A stretch of DNA of 64,000 nt from Qipengyuania sp. Its GTDB lineage: Bacteria > Pseudomonadota > Alphaproteobacteria > Sphingomonadales > Sphingomonadaceae. The notes below the pieces were generated by a model. It was given only the letters and a program-made list of their open reading frames with translations. It ran no database searches and was not told the DNA's origin. Positions within the stretch are counted from its first letter, which is position 1, and each line of letters begins with the position of its first letter. Made by a program: the position numbers and the translations under genes. Shown in pieces: positions 28,788 through 38,616 of the stretch. Location of the stretch: the NCBI RefSeq assembly GCF_042095715.1, contig NZ_JBELMO010000003.1, positions 66,779 to 130,778 of the forward strand, read 5' to 3'.

Positions 28788-29360
28788 TCAGGCCGGGTCT
28801 ATCGCCTCGTCCAGCGCGCCGCGCACATCGGGGGCACCCCAGTCGAGATCGCCGACCACCCGCCAGACTTCCTTGCCATCCGAATCGTAAAGGATCGTCA
28901 CCGGCAGGCCGCCGCCGAATGCCAGGCCCAGAGCCCCTTCGCGGTCGATCCACGGTTTCAGACGCTCCAGCCCTTCCTTTTCGAAGAACTTTTGCACATC
29001 CGCGGGCGGGCCCATGTCCTGGCTGGCCGTAAGGACAGTCAGCTTCGGTTCTTCGAGCACCAGATCATCCAGCAGCGGCATTTCCTTGACGCAGGGCGCG
29101 CACCAAGTTGCCCACAGATTGAGGAGGACCGGGCGGTTCTCGATATCGGCGGGATTGAAGGCCTTGCCCTCCGGATCGACAAGATCCAGCGTCGGCATCG
29201 GCTCGCCGGCATGACTGCGGTCTATGGCACCCGCAGTCTTTGGCCTGGAAACGGGGGCGGCAGCGGCGGAGGTTTCTTGCGCCGGGGGTGGAGCGCCTCT
29301 ATCGCACCCCGCCAGCAGCAGGACGAGAGCAGCGGACGTAGTGAGCGAAAAGCGGGACAA
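28788..29360 (-). CDS. TlpA-family thiol:disulfide oxidoreductase lipoprotein
   Basis: Lipobox LAGC; [16 protein letters not shown]; probable TTG start. Confidence 0.88.
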   Translation of the reverse strand: MSRFSLTTSAALVLLLAGCDRGAPPPAQETSAAAAPVSRPKTAGAIDRSHAGEPMPTLDLVDPEGKAFNPADIENRPVLLNLWATWCAPCVKEMPLLDDLVLEEPKLTVLTASQDMGPPADVQKFFEKEGLERLKPWIDREGALGLAFGGGLPVTILYDSDGKEVWRVVGDLDWGAPDVRGALDEAIDPA

Positions 29361-29376
29361 TTCGGGCTCCAACCAG

Positions 29377-30753
29377 ATGTGGGGCGGCAGGTTCGCTGCC
29401 GGACCTAGTGCGATCATGCGGGAAATCAACGCTTCGATCCCATTCGACAAGGCGTTGTGGCGTGAAGATATCAGGGGCAGCCGCGCTCATGTGGCCATGC
29501 TGGCCGCGCAGGAAATTATTTCCGCCGAAGACGCGAAAGCCATCGACGAGGGTCTACAGGCCATCGCCGCCGAGTACGAGGCCGAGGGCGTTCCCGAGAA
29601 CTGGGACCTGGAGGATATCCACATGACCGTGGAATCCCGCCTCACCGACCTGATCGGCCCCACGGCAGGCCGGCTGCACACCGCGCGAAGCCGCAACGAT
29701 CAGGTCGCAACCGATTTTCGCTTGTGGACCCGTGCCGCCTGCGAGCGGGCGGAGCAGGGCCTGATAGCGCTGCAAACCGCTCTGGTAACGCGCGCTGGCG
29801 AAAACGCCGACACGATCATGCCCGGCTTCACGCATCTCCAGACGGCGCAGCCGGTGACGCTGGGTCATCACCTGATGGCCTATTTCGAGATGGCTAAACG
29901 CGATGTCTCGCGGTTTGCCGACGCGCGGGCCCGCATGGACGAATGCCCGCTTGGCAGCGCCGCTCTCGCCGGCACCGGTTTTGCCATCGATCGCAACGCC
30001 ACCGCAAGCGCCCTCGGCTTCACACGCCCGACCGCGAACAGCCTCGATTCGGTATCGGACCGGGATTTCGCGCTCGATTTCCTCCAGGCTGCGGCGCAAT
30101 GCGCGATCCACCTGTCCCGTTTGGCGGAAGAGCTGATCCTTTGGGCCAGCCAGCCGTTCGGCTTCGTCCGCCTGCCCGATACGCTGTCCACCGGCAGTTC
30201 GATCATGCCGCAGAAAAAGAACCCGGACGCCGCCGAACTGGTGCGTGGTCATTCGGGGCGGATAATGGGCTCCCTCACCAGCTTGATGGTGACGATGAAG
30301 GGCCTGCCGCTGGCCTATTCGAAGGACATGCAGGACGACAAGCCGCCCGTGTTCGAGGCGGCGGGCCTGCTCGATCTCAGTCTCGCGGCGATGCAAGGGA
30401 TGATCGCGGGCGCCACCTTCAACGCCGATCGGATGCGCGCCGCCGCCGAAGCGGGATTCGCCACCGCGACGGACCTTGCGGACTGGCTGGTGCGTGAAGC
30501 CGGGATTCCATTTCGCGAGGCGCATCATATCACCGGGGCGGCGGTGAAACTGGCCGAGAGTCAGGGCGTCGCGCTCGACGAACTGACCCTGGACCAGCTG
30601 ACCGGGATCGACGCAAGGATAGACGATCGGGTCTATCGGGCGCTTTCGGTCGATGCCTCTGTCGCTTCGCGTTCGTCCTATGGCGGGACCGCGCCCGATC
30701 GGGTACGCGAGCAGGTGGCTGCGGCGCGGCAGGCATTGGGGATGGACAGATGA
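29377..30753 (+). CDS. argH: Argininosuccinate lyase
   Basis: [17 protein letters not shown] and [12 protein letters not shown]. Confidence 0.97.
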   Translation: MWGGRFAAGPSAIMREINASIPFDKALWREDIRGSRAHVAMLAAQEIISAEDAKAIDEGLQAIAAEYEAEGVPENWDLEDIHMTVESRLTDLIGPTAGRLHTARSRNDQVATDFRLWTRAACERAEQGLIALQTALVTRAGENADTIMPGFTHLQTAQPVTLGHHLMAYFEMAKRDVSRFADARARMDECPLGSAALAGTGFAIDRNATASALGFTRPTANSLDSVSDRDFALDFLQAAAQCAIHLSRLAEELILWASQPFGFVRLPDTLSTGSSIMPQKKNPDAAELVRGHSGRIMGSLTSLMVTMKGLPLAYSKDMQDDKPPVFEAAGLLDLSLAAMQGMIAGATFNADRMRAAAEAGFATATDLADWLVREAGIPFREAHHITGAAVKLAESQGVALDELTLDQLTGIDARIDDRVYRALSVDASVASRSSYGGTAPDRVREQVAAARQALGMDR

Positions 30754-30989
30754 TCAAAATTGCTTCCTTCACCCTGCTCGCCCTGGCGCTGGCAGGCTGT
30801 GCGCAGCGCGCGGAGCTGCGGCCTGCCGCGGGCGAGAGCCTTCCCCCCGCCCCGTTCGGAGCGCGAACCACGCCCGACGCCGATGCCCTTCTGGAACCGC
30901 CTGTCCTGGCGGTCCCCACGCGCACCACGGAACTGCGCAGCCGTTCCGAAGAGCGTGAAGACGATCCCTTCGACCTACCCCCTCAATAG
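30750..30989 (+). CDS. Small lipoprotein (LptM/YifL-like position before lysA)
   Basis: Lipobox LAGC followed by AQRAELRP; coupled to the argH stop. Confidence 0.7.
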   Translation: MIKIASFTLLALALAGCAQRAELRPAAGESLPPAPFGARTTPDADALLEPPVLAVPTRTTELRSRSEEREDDPFDLPPQ

Positions 30990-30998
30990 AGTATTCCG

Positions 30999-32261
30999 AT
31001 GGCCGCCTTCGAATTCAGGAACGGCGTATTGCACGCCGAAAACGTCCCCCTGCCTCTCATCGCGGAGGAAGTGGGAACGCCGGTTTACGTCTATTCCCTG
31101 GCTGCCTTGCTGGATAACGCGCGGGCGTTTCGCGATGGCCTGAGCGAGCTGGACAATCCGCACATCGCCTTCGCCGTGAAGGCCAACCCCAATCTTTCCG
31201 TCCTGCGGGCCCTGGGGCGCGAGGGCTTCGGCGCGGACGTGGTTTCGGGCGGAGAACTCGCGCGCGCGATCGCGGCGGGCATTGCGCCAGAGGATGTCGT
31301 CTTCTCCGGCGTGGGCAAAACCCATGCGGAGCTGTTGCAGGCCCTGGAAACGGGGATCGGCCAGTTCAATCTCGAAAGCGAGGAAGAAGGTTACGAGCTG
31401 GCGCTGCTGGCCCGGCGCCATGGCTTCATCGCAAACTGCGCGCTGCGGGTGAATCCCGACGTGGACGCACGTACCCACGCCAAGATCTCGACCGGAAAAA
31501 GCGAGAACAAGTTCGGCGTTCCGATCGACCGCGCTGGTGCCCTCTATTCCGCGCTGGCGGCGGAAGATGGGCTGAACATGCGGGGCGTGGCTGTCCATAT
31601 CGGCAGCCAGCTTTCCGAACTCGAACCGCTTGAAACCGCCTTCGGCAAGGTCGGCAAACTAATCGGCGAGCTACGGGAGGCGGGTTACGCCGTCACCCAC
31701 GCCGACCTGGGCGGTGGCCTGGGCGTGCCCTATCGCGAGGGCGAGACGTTTCCGACCGCAGCCGAATACGGCGCGATGGTGGCGCGCGTCACGAAGGGGT
31801 GGGATGCCCAGCTGATGTTCGAGCCCGGGCGTTTCATCGCCGCAGACGCTGGGGTGCTGCTCACGCGCACTATCCGCACCAAGCGCAGCTCGAACGGCCC
31901 GCCCTTCGTGGTGGTCGATGCGGCGATGAACGATCTGGCCCGACCGGCGATGTATGGCGCATGGCACGATTTCGACGCCGTCGAGCCGACCGGCGAACGC
32001 TGCACCGCCCATATCGTCGGGCCCATATGCGAGACCGGCGATACCTTCGCAATGGACCGCGAATGCGATGCGCTTCAGGCGGGCGATCTCGCGGTCTTCC
32101 GCACCGCGGGCGCCTATGGCGCGACGATGGCGTCCAGCTATAATTCGCGGGGCTTCGTGGCCGAGGTACTGGTAAACGACGACAAGTTCGCCATCGTGGC
32201 GGAGCGCATCGAAGCCAGCGCCATCATGGATGCCGAGCAGGTTCCCGACTGGCTCGCCTAG
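30999..32261 (+). CDS. lysA: Diaminopimelate decarboxylase
   Basis: FAVKAN, HIGSQ, DLGGG, EPGR, GPICETGD and GAYG. Confidence 0.96.
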   Translation: MAAFEFRNGVLHAENVPLPLIAEEVGTPVYVYSLAALLDNARAFRDGLSELDNPHIAFAVKANPNLSVLRALGREGFGADVVSGGELARAIAAGIAPEDVVFSGVGKTHAELLQALETGIGQFNLESEEEGYELALLARRHGFIANCALRVNPDVDARTHAKISTGKSENKFGVPIDRAGALYSALAAEDGLNMRGVAVHIGSQLSELEPLETAFGKVGKLIGELREAGYAVTHADLGGGLGVPYREGETFPTAAEYGAMVARVTKGWDAQLMFEPGRFIAADAGVLLTRTIRTKRSSNGPPFVVVDAAMNDLARPAMYGAWHDFDAVEPTGERCTAHIVGPICETGDTFAMDRECDALQAGDLAVFRTAGAYGATMASSYNSRGFVAEVLVNDDKFAIVAERIEASAIMDAEQVPDWLA

Positions 32262-32272
32262 ACCCTTGGTGC

Positions 32273-32932
32273 CTAGACCCGGTGTCCGTCGTGGTGGGCC
32301 GGATCGAAGGTATAGAAGCAGCTGTGCGTGAAGCGTATTCCCTGGGTGACCTCCGTAACCCCGTGCAGGTAATCGGCGGTTGACGGGAAGAAGGCCATCA
32401 TGCGCGGCTTGATGGGCGGTTCGAGCCCCAGCTTCGGGAAATGGATCCGCCCACCCTCGAATTCATCGTTGAGATAGATGATCGAGGCAAAGGCCCGCCA
32501 CGGAAACTCGTTGGGTTGGCCATCGGGTTGCTCGCAGTCGGCATGGGCGTCCTGACTGTCTCCGGGCCGCCAGCGGACAAGCTGCAGGGTGTCGGCGTAG
32601 AGCGGTTCCGAAATGGCGTAGTGCGACGCGATGTGCCGCGCCGCGCGCCGGCGGATCTGCGCCATTAGTTTCAGAAGCTTTGGCGGCATGTCCACAGGGT
32701 CGATCATGCGGCCGAACCACACATCGTCCGGGGGCAGCCGGTCGTTCCATTTCGCGGTAGGAGACCGTGCGTGAAACAGGAGCTGCTTGCGCTCGGCTTC
32801 GGTAACGAAATCCTCGACCAGCCCGATGGGCTTGCCGCTCAGCGACCGTGCCGTTCGGACAATGTTGCCCTGCCTGGTGCGAACCTGGGGCGGCAGCGAC
32901 CTCCGCCTGTCGACTGGGATCGAAACATGCAC
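32273..32932 (-). CDS. 2OG-Fe(II) oxygenase (prolyl-4-hydroxylase-like)
   Basis: LQLVRW..HAD (HxD), IIYLNDEFEGG and LHGV..V..GIRF. Confidence 0.85.
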   Translation of the reverse strand: MHVSIPVDRRRSLPPQVRTRQGNIVRTARSLSGKPIGLVEDFVTEAERKQLLFHARSPTAKWNDRLPPDDVWFGRMIDPVDMPPKLLKLMAQIRRRAARHIASHYAISEPLYADTLQLVRWRPGDSQDAHADCEQPDGQPNEFPWRAFASIIYLNDEFEGGRIHFPKLGLEPPIKPRMMAFFPSTADYLHGVTEVTQGIRFTHSCFYTFDPAHHDGHRV

Positions 32933-33014
32933 CGATCAATACCCTCGAAACACGGGAGATTGTGCGACTTGATATAACGCCTTACAATTCCGCGCAATCG
33001 GGCGGATGATCTGG

Positions 33015-33995
33015 CTAGATCATCTTCAGCGCATCCTTACCCAGCGCATCGAAATATTGGGCCATGGCCTCCGCCGCCCAATCCGAAAGCGTGAGAAAAG
33101 CGCGCCTGCGATCCCTGTCGTCCTGCTCGCGCACCAGCAATCCCGCCTCCGTCATCTGGGCGATCCAGCGCAGCCCCGTGGTCGGCGGTACTGCCGCGGC
33201 GATACACAGCGAACTGACCGAAACCCGGCGATGTTCGGCACGCGCCGCCGTGAGATCCAGCAGGATATCCCATGCCGGATCGGCAAACAGATCGGGCTTG
33301 AAGTATCGCCCCCGCAAGCGCCGCTGGCGAATGATCTGCTGCACGAGGCGCGGATCGGGCAGAGACGGACGCGCATGTCGTTCACCACGGCTGCTCGTGT
33401 CGCCTGCAAGATCAGGAAAAGCAGAACGGCTATGGCTGTCGTGGGAAAGCTTCGTCCCGTACGCCGGGTCCAGGCGATCCACCTTACTGGCGAGCCGCGA
33501 AACCTCCTGCGTCAGGCGCAAGAGCGCGAGCCGCTCCTCCTCGTCCATTTCGCGGACCCGGGAGCCCGGCACCTGCCCAAGCGCCGCTCCCAGCGCGGCC
33601 AGGCGTTCCGCAGGAAAGGCATCGAGCAGATACTGGACCCGGGCAGACGCCAGGCAACCGAAGACATCTTCCAGAGCCTCTTCGCTGGTGAATGCCAGAA
33701 CTTCCGCCCCGGCCCGCGCGGCACGCGCGTCGAGTCGGACCAGCGCGGCCAGACTCGCGCCCGAAACCTGCCGGCACTCGACCATGACCACCTCGCCCAG
33801 TGGCACCGCCGTTTCCCCCAACAATCCGGCCAGCGGACCTGCATTACGCACGGAGACTCCCGCCCGGGCGACATCCGCTTTCATGCGCTCCAGCGCCCGA
33901 CCTTCGCCCAACAGCGATACGGTGGGCGCCATTTCGCCACCGGCAGACGTAAGCACGCCACCGCGGTCGTCAAAAGCGTAAGCCAGTTGCCCCAT
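33015..33995 (-). CDS. Winged-helix (MarR-like) DNA-binding protein with an uncharacterised N-terminal region
   Basis: LFADPAWDILLDL..VSVSSLCIAAAVPPTTGLRWI..DRRRAFLTLS. Confidence 0.8.
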   Translation of the reverse strand: MGQLAYAFDDRGGVLTSAGGEMAPTVSLLGEGRALERMKADVARAGVSVRNAGPLAGLLGETAVPLGEVVMVECRQVSGASLAALVRLDARAARAGAEVLAFTSEEALEDVFGCLASARVQYLLDAFPAERLAALGAALGQVPGSRVREMDEEERLALLRLTQEVSRLASKVDRLDPAYGTKLSHDSHSRSAFPDLAGDTSSRGERHARPSLPDPRLVQQIIRQRRLRGRYFKPDLFADPAWDILLDLTAARAEHRRVSVSSLCIAAAVPPTTGLRWIAQMTEAGLLVREQDDRDRRRAFLTLSDWAAEAMAQYFDALGKDALKMI

Positions 33996-34066
33996 GTTCG
34001 CACCTTTCGAATCGTGCGAACAAATGTAGAACACGCAGTCAGCTAGTCAAGTGTCGAGCGGCCCGA

Positions 34067-35356
34067 TCAGTCAAGGAACGGGTCGCGGACCAGGATTGTA
34101 TCGTCACGCTCGGGGCTGGTGGATATCAGCGCCACGGGGGTCTCGATAAGCTCCTGCACGCGTTGGACATATTTGATCGCCTGTGCCGGCAGATCCGCCC
34201 AGCTGCGCGCCCCGGCCGTGGTCTCGCGCCAGCCTTCCATCTCCTCGTAGATCGGCTCCACGGCGGCCTGATCGGCCGAATGCGAGGGGAAATAATCCAT
34301 GATCTTGCCGTGAAGCCGGTAGCCCGTGCAGATCTTCACTGTGTCGAACCCGTCGAGCACATCGAGCTTCGTCAGCGCGATACCGGTCACGCCGCTGATC
34401 GCACAGCTCTGCCGGACCAGCACCGCATCGAACCATCCGCAACGCCGCTTGCGCCCGGTAACCGTGCCGAATTCATGGCCGCGTTCACCCAGCCGCTGGC
34501 CAGTATCGTCGCTGAGCTCCGTGGGAAACGGACCGCTTCCCACGCGTGTGGTGTAGGCTTTCACGATCCCGAGCACGAAGCCCGTGCTGCCGGGCCCAAG
34601 GCCGCTTCCCGCCGCAGCCGTTCCGCTTACTGTGTTGGAACTGGTCACGAAGGGGTAGGTCCCGTGATCGACGTCGAGAAGCACCCCTTGCGCGCCTTCG
34701 AACAGGATGCGCGCGCCCGCCTTGCGCACTTTCTTGAGCCGCTTCCACACCGGCTGAGCATATTGAAGAACGTATGGTGCGATTTCGCGCAGCTCTTCCA
34801 GAAGGGCCGCCCGATCCACTGCCGGCTGGCCGAAACCGGCCCTCAGGGCATCATGATGCGCACACAGACGATCGAGTTGGGGTTCGAGACTGTCCAGGTG
34901 CGCCAGATCGCACACGCGAATGGCACGGCGTCCGACCTTGTCTTCGTATGCGGGGCCGATCCCACGCCCCGTGGTGCCGATCTTTCCAGCACCTGCCGCC
35001 GTTTCGCGCAGCCCGTCCAGATCCCGATGCAGGGGAAGGATCAACGCGCAATTGTCGGCCACGGCGAAATTGTCGTTCGTTATGGAAACGCCCTGCCCCT
35101 CGAGCTTCTCTATCTCCGCCTTGAGCGCCCAGGGATCGAGAACGACACCGTTGCCCACGATGCTGAGCGTGCCGGTCACGATGCCACTGGGAAGCAGGCT
35201 GAGCTTGTATGTCGTGTCACCGACCACCAGTGTGTGGCCGGCATTGTGCCCACCCTGGAAGCGCACCACGGCATCCGCCCGGCTCGCGAGCCAATCCACG
35301 ATCTTGCCCTTGCCTTCGTCGCCCCATTGCGCGCCGATCACCGTGACATTGGCCAA
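34067..35356 (-). CDS. purA: Adenylosuccinate synthetase
   Basis: [30 protein letters not shown] and TKLDVL; TTG start. Confidence 0.97.
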   Translation of the reverse strand: MANVTVIGAQWGDEGKGKIVDWLASRADAVVRFQGGHNAGHTLVVGDTTYKLSLLPSGIVTGTLSIVGNGVVLDPWALKAEIEKLEGQGVSITNDNFAVADNCALILPLHRDLDGLRETAAGAGKIGTTGRGIGPAYEDKVGRRAIRVCDLAHLDSLEPQLDRLCAHHDALRAGFGQPAVDRAALLEELREIAPYVLQYAQPVWKRLKKVRKAGARILFEGAQGVLLDVDHGTYPFVTSSNTVSGTAAAGSGLGPGSTGFVLGIVKAYTTRVGSGPFPTELSDDTGQRLGERGHEFGTVTGRKRRCGWFDAVLVRQSCAISGVTGIALTKLDVLDGFDTVKICTGYRLHGKIMDYFPSHSADQAAVEPIYEEMEGWRETTAGARSWADLPAQAIKYVQRVQELIETPVALISTSPERDDTILVRDPFLD

Positions 35357-35539
35357 CTGTTGTTCCTTCCGTGTGGCAAATCGGCGGCGGCTTAGGCCCT
35401 TGGGCAATGGGCGGCAACAGCGTGAGCCATCCAAAGTCCGAATTGCGCGATTTTCTGCGACCAAAAAAGATTAACGGGGGGTTTACAATTGTGTTGTCGA
35501 TCGTGGTTAAAGCTGTCAGAGACCAGGCAATCGCCGGCT

Positions 35540-35745
35540 GGGGGCGGGTATGTTTTTGCTCACCTGACCGGTAGCGCTCGCGATTGTGCGAGTGGAGAAT
35601 TGGGGCGGCAATTGCCGTCTCCGGGATCGCGGCAGCGGCTCCGCCCGGAGCTTGCTTAGCTGCCGCGGGCCTCTCCCGGTTGGACCCGCCGGGAGAGGCT
35701 TTCCCCGCCCTCGACGCACCCCATGGACCCGGGCGCAGCCCGGTA
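35540..35745 (+). ncRNA. Candidate structured non-coding RNA (family unassigned; strand inferred)
   Basis: Five hairpins in a non-coding interval, including a perfect 11-bp stem (35669-35679/35689-35699) and a closing helix gggcggg/cccgccc. Confidence 0.5.
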
Positions 35746-35842
35746 ATGACAGCACAATCTTAAAAAGTGCCTTCGCCAGCGGCGCGAATGTCGGACACTA
35801 AGCGCCATACGTTCGTTCGTGCTTCAAGAGACGGAGAACCAA

Positions 35843-36658
35843 ATGACCGAACAACCAACACTTACCTTGAACGACGGCCGGCAAATTCCCCATCTGGGTT
35901 TCGGCACTTACAAGATCGAAAACGAAGACGCGCCGGATGCCGTCAGGAAGGCCCGCGACGTCGGTTACTGGCTGATCGACACGGCGGCGATATACCAAAA
36001 TGAAAAAGGCGTCGGTGAAGGCCTGGGCGATTGGGCCGATGTCTTCCTGCAAACCAAGATCTGGAACGAAAGCCAGGGCTACGATCGTACGCTGAAGGCC
36101 GCAGACAAGTGCCTGGAGCGGCTCGGCCGTGATCATGTCGACATGCTGTTGATCCACTGGCCCTGCCCCGGAAAGGACAAGTTCGTGGAAACGTGGAAGG
36201 CGCTGATCGCCCTGCGTGATGACGGCAAGGCCAAGTCCATCGGCGTATCGAATTTCCGTGAAGAGGATCTGAAGCGCATCGTCGACGACACCGGAGTGAC
36301 CCCGGCGCTCAATCAGATCGAATTGCACCCCAGTTTCCAGCAAACCGCGCTGCGCAAGGTGCACGATGACATGGGTATCGTGACCCAGTGCTGGTCTCCG
36401 CTGGGTCAAGGCAACGGTCTGGACAACCCGGTCATCGGTGCCATCGCCGAAGAAACCGGGTTGGACGAGAGTACGGTCGTGCTCCGCTGGCATTTGCAGC
36501 ATGGTCTTCTGCCGATACCCAAAGCGTCTTCGCGCGAACACATGGAGGCCAATTTTGCCGCGCTCGACGCCAAGCTGTCCGACGATCAGATGAGCCGCAT
36601 CGATGCGCTCGATGATCCGGACGGACGCATGGGGCCGGATCCGGCCGAACTGGACTGA
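35843..36658 (+). CDS. Aldo/keto reductase (2,5-DKG reductase-like)
   Basis: LGFGTY, IDTAAIY, TKIWN, LIHWP, IGVSNF, NQIELHP and PIPKAS. Confidence 0.93.
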   Translation: MTEQPTLTLNDGRQIPHLGFGTYKIENEDAPDAVRKARDVGYWLIDTAAIYQNEKGVGEGLGDWADVFLQTKIWNESQGYDRTLKAADKCLERLGRDHVDMLLIHWPCPGKDKFVETWKALIALRDDGKAKSIGVSNFREEDLKRIVDDTGVTPALNQIELHPSFQQTALRKVHDDMGIVTQCWSPLGQGNGLDNPVIGAIAEETGLDESTVVLRWHLQHGLLPIPKASSREHMEANFAALDAKLSDDQMSRIDALDDPDGRMGPDPAELD

Positions 36659-36795
36659 CCCGGCGTGAAGGGGCGGAACCGCCCCGCATGGTAAATTCCG
36701 ACCTAACCCCATCCTGAAAAGACCCGTTTAGAACCGCCGCGTAAAAGTGCGGGCTGGGTCGGGCGCATTCGCCCCTTGGACGGGATCGGGTCACG

Positions 36796-38604
36796 ATGAC
36801 GATGTGCGCAGGGCTCGCCGAAGCGGATGCCGATTGTCGGCCCGAAACCGTTGATGACGCAAGAGTTCATGCCCGGCCAGCACCACCCCTTGCCGCTGCC
36901 GGGCTGGCTCTTGCGGTCGCCGCATGTGGCGGCGGCGGCGGGGCCAGCGCCGGCAGCGGCACCGACGCCCCAATCGCAGGCGCGACTGCGCGAAAGCCGA
37001 CCAGCGATGCCGAGGCGGCCAGGTTTCTGCTTCAGACAGGGATAGCCGCATCCTCTCGCGAGCTGGAATCGCTCCGGAGCGAGGGCTACGAACCGTGGCT
37101 CAATCGCCAGATGGCGTCGCCGGGCGTGTCAGCGGTGCGGTGGCTCGAATCGAACAGCTTCACCGCGATCGACGACAACCGCTATTACGACATGAAGGAT
37201 CCGGGCGATCACATGGCCTGGTTCCAGCTGATGGACGCATCAGGAGAAGTGCGCATACGCGCTGCGCTGGCGTTGTCGGAAATGTTCGTGGTGTCTCTCA
37301 ACGGCGTGGACTTCCGCTGGAAAAGCCAGGCCATGGCACGATACTGGGATATTCTTTCCGAAGACGCATTCGGCAACTTCCGGACGCTGCTCGAGAAGAT
37401 AACGTTAAATCCCGCAATGGGCACCTGGCTCAACACTCTGGGCAACCGCGCGGCGGACGGAAAAGGGCGTCAGGCGGACGAAAATTACGCCCGCGAAGTG
37501 ATGCAGCTGTTCACCATCGGCCTGTACGAGCTCAACAATGATGGATCGCCGCGGCTGGATTCGAGCGGACAGCCCATCGAAACCTATGGCAACAGCGATG
37601 TTCAGGAGCTGGCCAAGGCATTTACCGGGTACGATTTCGACTGGACCGGGACGACCGAAGTTCCAGCACCGGGGGGAAGCGGCACCGTTTCCACTGTCGA
37701 TTACGCGCTGAAGCCGATGACGGCGGACCCGGCGAAATGGCGCAAGCCCCGAACCAGCGGCTACCATTCGGCGGAAGCGAAATTTTTTCTGGGCGCAACC
37801 ATCCCGGCTGGGACCGGGCCCGCGGAGAGCCTGCGGGTGGCACTCGACACGCTGTTCAATCACAAAAATGTGGGGCCGTTCGTTGCGCGCCAACTGATCC
37901 AGCGGCTCGTCACCAGCAATCCCGCCCCCGGCTACGTCCGGCGCGTCGCGTCCGTCTTCGACAACAACGGCAAGGGCGTACGCGGCGATCTGGCGGCGGT
38001 ATTCCGCGCGATCTGGCTCGATGACGAGGCCCTGGCCGGCGCCAATGCAAGCAGCAACAGCTTTGGAAAGCTACGCGAGCCGATCTTGCGACTAGCCCAG
38101 GCCGCACGCACCTTCGGCGGCAGCTCCGCATCGGGCAAGTGGACGATCCGCAACACTTCGGACCCCAGCTCGCGCCTTTCCCAAAGCCCCCTGCGATCAC
38201 CCTCCGTGTTCAATTTTTTCCGCCCCGGCTATGTCCCCGCCAATTCGAATGTCGCGGCCAATGCGATGGTCGCGCCCGAACTCCAGCTTGTCGACGAGAG
38301 TTCGGCACCGGCCTACGTCAACTTCATGCAACGCGTGCTGGAGGGGACGGAATGGGCCACCCGCGACCTGAGCCTCAGCTTCACCGATGAGCTCGCCCTT
38401 GCACACGACAGCACAGCGCTACTCGACCGGCTCGATCTGCTGCTGACGGCAAAACAGCTTTCCGAAACAAGTCGTTCGATCATCCTTGGCGCGCTGAACG
38501 CCAAATCGATCGCGCAGACCGGCGATGAGAAGACCAAGCTTCGCCAGGTGCGAACGGCCGTGCTGCTCGTCATGGCCGCACCGGAATATCTGGTCCAGCG
38601 TTGA
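36796..38604 (+). CDS. DUF1800 family lipoprotein; start uncertain
   Basis: Lipobox VAAC; ALALSEMFVVS, DENYAREVMQLFTIG, GKLREP and SPSVFNFFRP. Confidence 0.88.
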   Translation: MTMCAGLAEADADCRPETVDDARVHARPAPPLAAAGLALAVAACGGGGGASAGSGTDAPIAGATARKPTSDAEAARFLLQTGIAASSRELESLRSEGYEPWLNRQMASPGVSAVRWLESNSFTAIDDNRYYDMKDPGDHMAWFQLMDASGEVRIRAALALSEMFVVSLNGVDFRWKSQAMARYWDILSEDAFGNFRTLLEKITLNPAMGTWLNTLGNRAADGKGRQADENYAREVMQLFTIGLYELNNDGSPRLDSSGQPIETYGNSDVQELAKAFTGYDFDWTGTTEVPAPGGSGTVSTVDYALKPMTADPAKWRKPRTSGYHSAEAKFFLGATIPAGTGPAESLRVALDTLFNHKNVGPFVARQLIQRLVTSNPAPGYVRRVASVFDNNGKGVRGDLAAVFRAIWLDDEALAGANASSNSFGKLREPILRLAQAARTFGGSSASGKWTIRNTSDPSSRLSQSPLRSPSVFNFFRPGYVPANSNVAANAMVAPELQLVDESSAPAYVNFMQRVLEGTEWATRDLSLSFTDELALAHDSTALLDRLDLLLTAKQLSETSRSIILGALNAKSIAQTGDEKTKLRQVRTAVLLVMAAPEYLVQR

Positions 38605-38616
38605 GGAGTGACGCGC

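Noticed and set aside
35500-35780. Assigning the structured region as RNase P, SRP, tmRNA, 6S or a cobalamin/glycine/SAM riboswitch
   Set aside because: The diagnostic cores (e.g. GAGGAAAGUCC, GGAAGG-AGCAG, T-loop plus CCA, tag reading frame) were not found on either strand.
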